Below are positions 59,301 to 64,000 of a DNA stretch of 64,000 bases, one piece after another. Where the stretch lies: assembly GCF_009914755.1 (NCBI RefSeq), contig NC_060925.1. The stretch is one strand, 5' to 3'. The notes below the pieces were generated by a model. It was not told where the DNA came from, made no database searches, and saw only the letters and a program-made list of their open reading frames with translations. The position numbers and the translations under genes are program-made. This DNA is from the human T2T-CHM13v2.0 reference genome, Homo sapiens. The stretch's first letter is position 1; every line of letters starts with the position of its first letter.

Positions 59301-62300
59301 GTCATCATCTAATGGAATTGCATGGAATCATCATAAAATGGAATCGAATGGAATCAACATCAAATGGAATCAAATGGAATCATTGAACGGAATTGAATGG
59401 AATCGTCATCGAATGAATTGACTGCAATCATCGAATGGTCTCGAATGGAATCATCTTCAAGTGGAATGGAATGGAATCATCGCATAGAATCGAATGGAAT
59501 TATCATCGAATGGAATCGAATGGAATCAACATCAAACGGAAAAAAACGGAATTATCGAATGGAATCGAAGAGAATCATCGAATGGACCCGAATGGAATCA
59601 TCTAATGGAATGGAATGGAATAATCCATGGACTCGAATGCAATCATCATCGAATGGAATCGAATGGAATCATCGAATGGACTCGAATGGAATAATCATTG
59701 AACGGAATAGAATGGAATCATCATCGGATGGAAATGAATGGAATCATCATCTAATGGAATCGAATAGAATTATGGAATGAAATCCAGTGTGATCATCATC
59801 GAATGGACCCGAATGGAATCATCATCCAACGGAAGCTAATGGAATCAACATCGAATGAATCAAATGGAAACACCATCGAATTGAAACGAATGGAATTATC
59901 ATGAAATTGAAATGGATGGACTCATCATCGAATGGATTCGAATGGAATCATCGAATAAAATTGATTGAAATCATCATCGAATGGAATCGAACGGTATCAT
60001 TGAATGGAATCGAATGGAATCATCATCAGATGGAAATGAATGGAATCGTCATAGAATGGAATCGAATGGATTCATTGAATGGAATCAGATGGAATCATCG
60101 AATGGACTGGAATGGAATCATTGAATGGACTCGAAAAGGATCATGATTGAATGGAATTGAATGGAATCATCGAATGGTCTCGATTGGAATCATTATCAAA
60201 TGGAATCGAATGGAATCACCGAATAGAATCGAATGGAACAATCATCGAATGGACTCAAATGGAATTATCCTCCAATGGAATCGAATGGAATTATCGAATG
60301 CAATCGAATGGAATTATCGAATGCAATCGAATAGAATCATCGAATGGACTCGAATGGAATCATCGAATGGAATGGAATGGAACAGTCAATGAACTCGAAT
60401 GGAATCATCATTGAATGGAATCGAATGGAATCATCGAGAGGAATCGAATGGAATTATGATCAAATGGAATCGAATGTAATCATCATCAAATGGAATCAAA
60501 AATAACCATCATCAATTGGTATTGAATGGAATTGTCATCAAATGGAATTCAAAGGAATCATCATCAAATGGAACCGAATGGAATCCTCATTGAATGGAAA
60601 TGAAAGGGGTCATCATCTAATGGAATCGCATGGAATCATCATCAAATGGAATCGAAAGGAATCATCATCAAATGGAATCTAATGGAATCATTGAACAGAA
60701 TTGAATGGAATCGTCATCGAATGAATTGAATGCAATCATCGAATGGTCTCGAATGGAATCATCTTCTAATGGAAAGGAATGGAATCATCGCATAGAATCG
60801 AATGGAATTATCATCGAATGGAATCGAATGGTATCAACACCAAACGGAAAAAAACGGAATTATCGAATGGAATCGAAGAGAATCTTCGAACGGACCCGAA
60901 TTGAATCATCTAATGGAATGGAATGGAATAATCCATGGACTCGAATGCAATCATCATCGAATGGAATCGAATGGAATCATCGAATGGACTCGAATGGAAT
61001 AATCGTTGTACGGAATCGAATGGAATCATCATCGGATGGAAACGAATGGAATCATCATCGAATGGAAATGAAAGGAGTCATCATCTAATGGAATTGCATG
61101 GAATCATCATCAAATGGAATCGAATGGAATCAACATCAAATGGAATCAAATGGAATCATTGAACGGAATTGAATGGAATCGTCATCGAATGAATTGACTG
61201 CAATCATCGAATGGTCTCGAATGGAATCATCTTCAAATGGAATGGAATGGAATCATCGCATAGAATCGAATGGAATTATCATCGAATGGAATCGAATGGA
61301 ATCAACATCAAACGGAAAAAAACGGAATTATCGAATGGAATCGAAGAGAATCATCGAATGGACCCGAATGGAATCATCTAATGGAATGGAATGGAATAAT
61401 CCATGGACTCGAATGCAATCATCATCGAATGGAATCGAATGGAATCATCGAATGGACTCGAATGGAATAATCATTGAACGGAATCGAATGGAATCATCAT
61501 CGGATGGAAATGAATGGAATCATCATCGAATGGAATCGAATAGAATTATGGAATGAAATCCAGTGTGATCATCATCGAATGGACCCGAATGGAATCATCA
61601 TCCAACGGAAGCTAATGGAATCAACATCGAATGAATCGAATGGAAACACCATCGAATTGAAACGAATGGAATTATCATGAAATTGAAATGGATGGACTCA
61701 TCATCGAATGGATTCGAATGGAATCATCGAATAAAATTGATTGAAATCATCATCCAATGGAATCGAATGGTATCATTGAATGGAATCGAATGGAATCATC
61801 ATCAGATGGAAATGAATGGAATCGTCATAGAATGGAATCGAATGGATTCATTGAATGGAATCAGATGGAATCATCGAATGGACTGGAATGGAATCATTGA
61901 ATGGACTCGAAAGGGATCATTATTGAATGGAATTGAATGGAATCATCGAATGGTCTCGATTGGAATCATTATCAAATGGAATCGAATGGAATCACCGAAT
62001 AGAATCGAATGGAACAATCATCGAATGGACTCAAATGGAATTATCCTCCAATGGAATCGAATGGAATTATCGAATGCAATCGAATGGAATTATCGAATGC
62101 AATCGAATAGAATCATCGAATGGACTCGAATGGAATCATCGAATGGAATGGAATGGAACAGTCAATGAACTCGAATGGAATCATCATTGAATGGAATCGA
62201 ATGGAATCATCGAGTGGAATCGAATGGAATTATGATCAAATGGAATCGAATGTAATCATCATCAAATGGAATCAAAAATAACCATCATCAATTGGTATTG

Positions 62301-63400
62301 AATGGAATTGTCATCAAATGGAATTCAAAGGAATCATCATCAAATGGAACCGAATGGAATCCTCATTGAATGGAAATGAAAGGGGTCATCATCTAATGGA
62401 ATCGCATGGAATCATCATCAAATGGAATCGAATGGAATCATCATCAAATGGAATCTAATGGAATCATTGAACAGAATTGAATGGAATCGTCATCGAATGA
62501 ATTGAATGCAATCATCGAATGGTCTCGAATGGAATCATCTTCTAATGGAAAGGAATGGAATCATCGCATAGAATCGAATGGAATTATCATCGAATGGAAT
62601 CGAATGGTATCAACACCAAACGGAAAAAAACGGAATTATCGAATGGAATCGAAGAGAATCTTCGAACGGACCCGAATGGAATCATCTAATGGAATGGAAT
62701 GGAATAATCCATGGACTCGAATGCAATCATCATCGAATGGAATGGAATGGAATCATCGAATGGACTCGAATGGAATAATCATTGAACGGAATCGAATGGA
62801 ATCATCATCGGATGGAAACGAATGGAATCATCATCGAATGGAAATGAAAGGAGTCATCATCTAATGGAATTGCATGGAATCATCATCAAATGGAATCGAA
62901 TGGAATCAACATCAAATGGAATCAAATGGAATCATTGAACGGAATTGAATGGAATCGTCATCGAATGAATTGACTGCAATCATCGAATGGTCTCGAATGG
63001 AATCATCTTCAAATGGAATGGAATGGAATCATCGCATAGAATCGAATGGAATTATCATCGAATGGAATCGAATGGAATCAACATCAAACGGAAAAAAACG
63101 GAATTATCGAATGGAATCGAAGAGAATCATCGAATGGACCCGAATGGAATCATCTAATGGAATGGAATGGAATAATCCATGGACTCGAATGCAATCATCA
63201 TCGAATGGAATCGAATGGAATCATCGAATGGACTCGAATGGAATAATCATTGAACGGAATCGAATGGAATCATCATCGGATGGAAATGAATGGAATCATC
63301 ATCGAATGGAATCGAATAGAATTATGGAATGAAATCCAGTGTGATCATCATCGAATGGACCCGAATGGAATCATCATCCAACGGAAGCTAATGGAATCAA
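47400..63400 (+). repeat. SNP-defined 3-unit higher-order repeat (5328 bp, about 3 copies)
   Basis: Private variants recur every 5328 bp: ORF NSPW at 48273/53601/58929; SSSG at 48741/54069/59397; GIIV at 50049/55377/60705; SSNGMEWNHR at 51825/57153/62481; WKH at 47446/52797/58125. Confidence 0.88.
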
Positions 63401-64000
63401 CATCGAATGAATCGAATGGAAACACCATCGAATTGAAACGAATGGAATTATCATGAAATTGAAATGGATGGACTCATCATCGAATGGATTCGAATGGAAT
63501 CATCGAATAAAATTGATTGAAATCATCATCAAATGGAATCGAATGGTATCATTGAATGGAATCGAATGGAATCATCATCAGATGGAAATGAATGGAATCG
63601 TCATAGAATGGAATCGAATGGATTCATTGAATGGAATCAGATGGAATCATCGAATGGACTGGAATGGAATCATTGAAGGGACTCGAAAGGGATCATTATT
63701 GAATGGAATTGAATGGAATCATCGAATGGTCTCGATTGGAATCATTATCAAATGGAATCGAATGGAATCACCGAATAGAATCGAATGGAACAATCATCGA
63801 ATGGACTCAAATGGAATTATCCTCCAATGGTATCGAATGGAATTATCGAATGCAATCGAATGGAATTATCGAATGCAATCGAATAGAATCATCGAATGGA
63901 CTCGAATGGAATCATCGAATGGAATGGAATGGAACAGTCAATGAACTCGAATGGAATCATCATTGAATGGAATCGAATGGAATCATCGAGTGGAATCGAA

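Larger units (their letters stand above)
1..64000 (+). repeat. Human satellite II (HSATII/HSat2) pericentromeric tandem array
   Basis: Continuous degenerate GGAAT pentamer with HSat2-typical ATCATCGAATGGAATCGAATGG (reverse: CCATTCGATTCCATTCGATGAT) motifs and very dense TCGA (TaqI) sites. No non-satellite sequence or orientation switch was seen. Confidence 0.97.

Noticed and set aside
263-63966. Over 200 short + strand ORFs (MESSSNEL..., MKLKWMD..., rich in MEWNG/IEWNR)
   Set aside because: They are translations of the GGAAT pentamer repeat, which supplies many ATGs and few stops. They overlap in several frames, are freely broken by frameshifts and stops between units, and have no recognisable domain.
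1-64000. CRISPR-like repeat/spacer array
   Set aside because: There are no unique spacers, no cas genes and no leader; all sequence is satellite.
1-64000. HSat3 (for example chr9 or DYZ1) assignment
   Set aside because: Pure (GGAAT)n runs are only about 3 copies long. ATCATCGAATGG motifs and the 1776-bp EcoRI period indicate HSat2.
1-64000. Embedded transposon, inversion or unique-sequence island
   Set aside because: None was seen on reading through. Strand polarity is constant and all length anomalies are explained by internal deletions or duplications. A very short insertion could have been missed by eye.

Overview
The entire 64 kb window is one uninterrupted tandem array of human satellite II (HSATII/HSat2). 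It consists of degenerate (GGAAT)n/(CATTC)n-derived sequence rich in ATCGAATGGA and ATCATCGAATGGA, all in one orientation, with the GA-rich strand on +. It has a 1776-bp unit with one EcoRI site per canonical unit, which fits the classical ~1.77-kb chromosome 1q12 HSat2 repeat (HSat2A2-like); the chromosome assignment is inferred from unit size and motif. There are about 35 units, and each canonical unit contains an internal ~468-bp tandem duplication (subunits A and B). I see no genes, RNA genes, transposons or CRISPR arrays, and all listed ORFs are artefacts of the repeat. The interesting content is structural. A rearranged central domain (~7-43 kb) carries microhomology-flanked deletions and duplications, variable numbers of the 468-bp subunit, a divergent third subunit type (C) and long-range block duplications. 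A length-homogeneous distal domain (~47.4-63.4 kb) forms a SNP-defined 3-unit (5328-bp) higher-order repeat, possibly nested in a 6-unit one. I found no evidence of a novel protein-coding or enzymatic system. Distances were derived by hand from ORF-track anchors and sequence reading, not by computed alignment.
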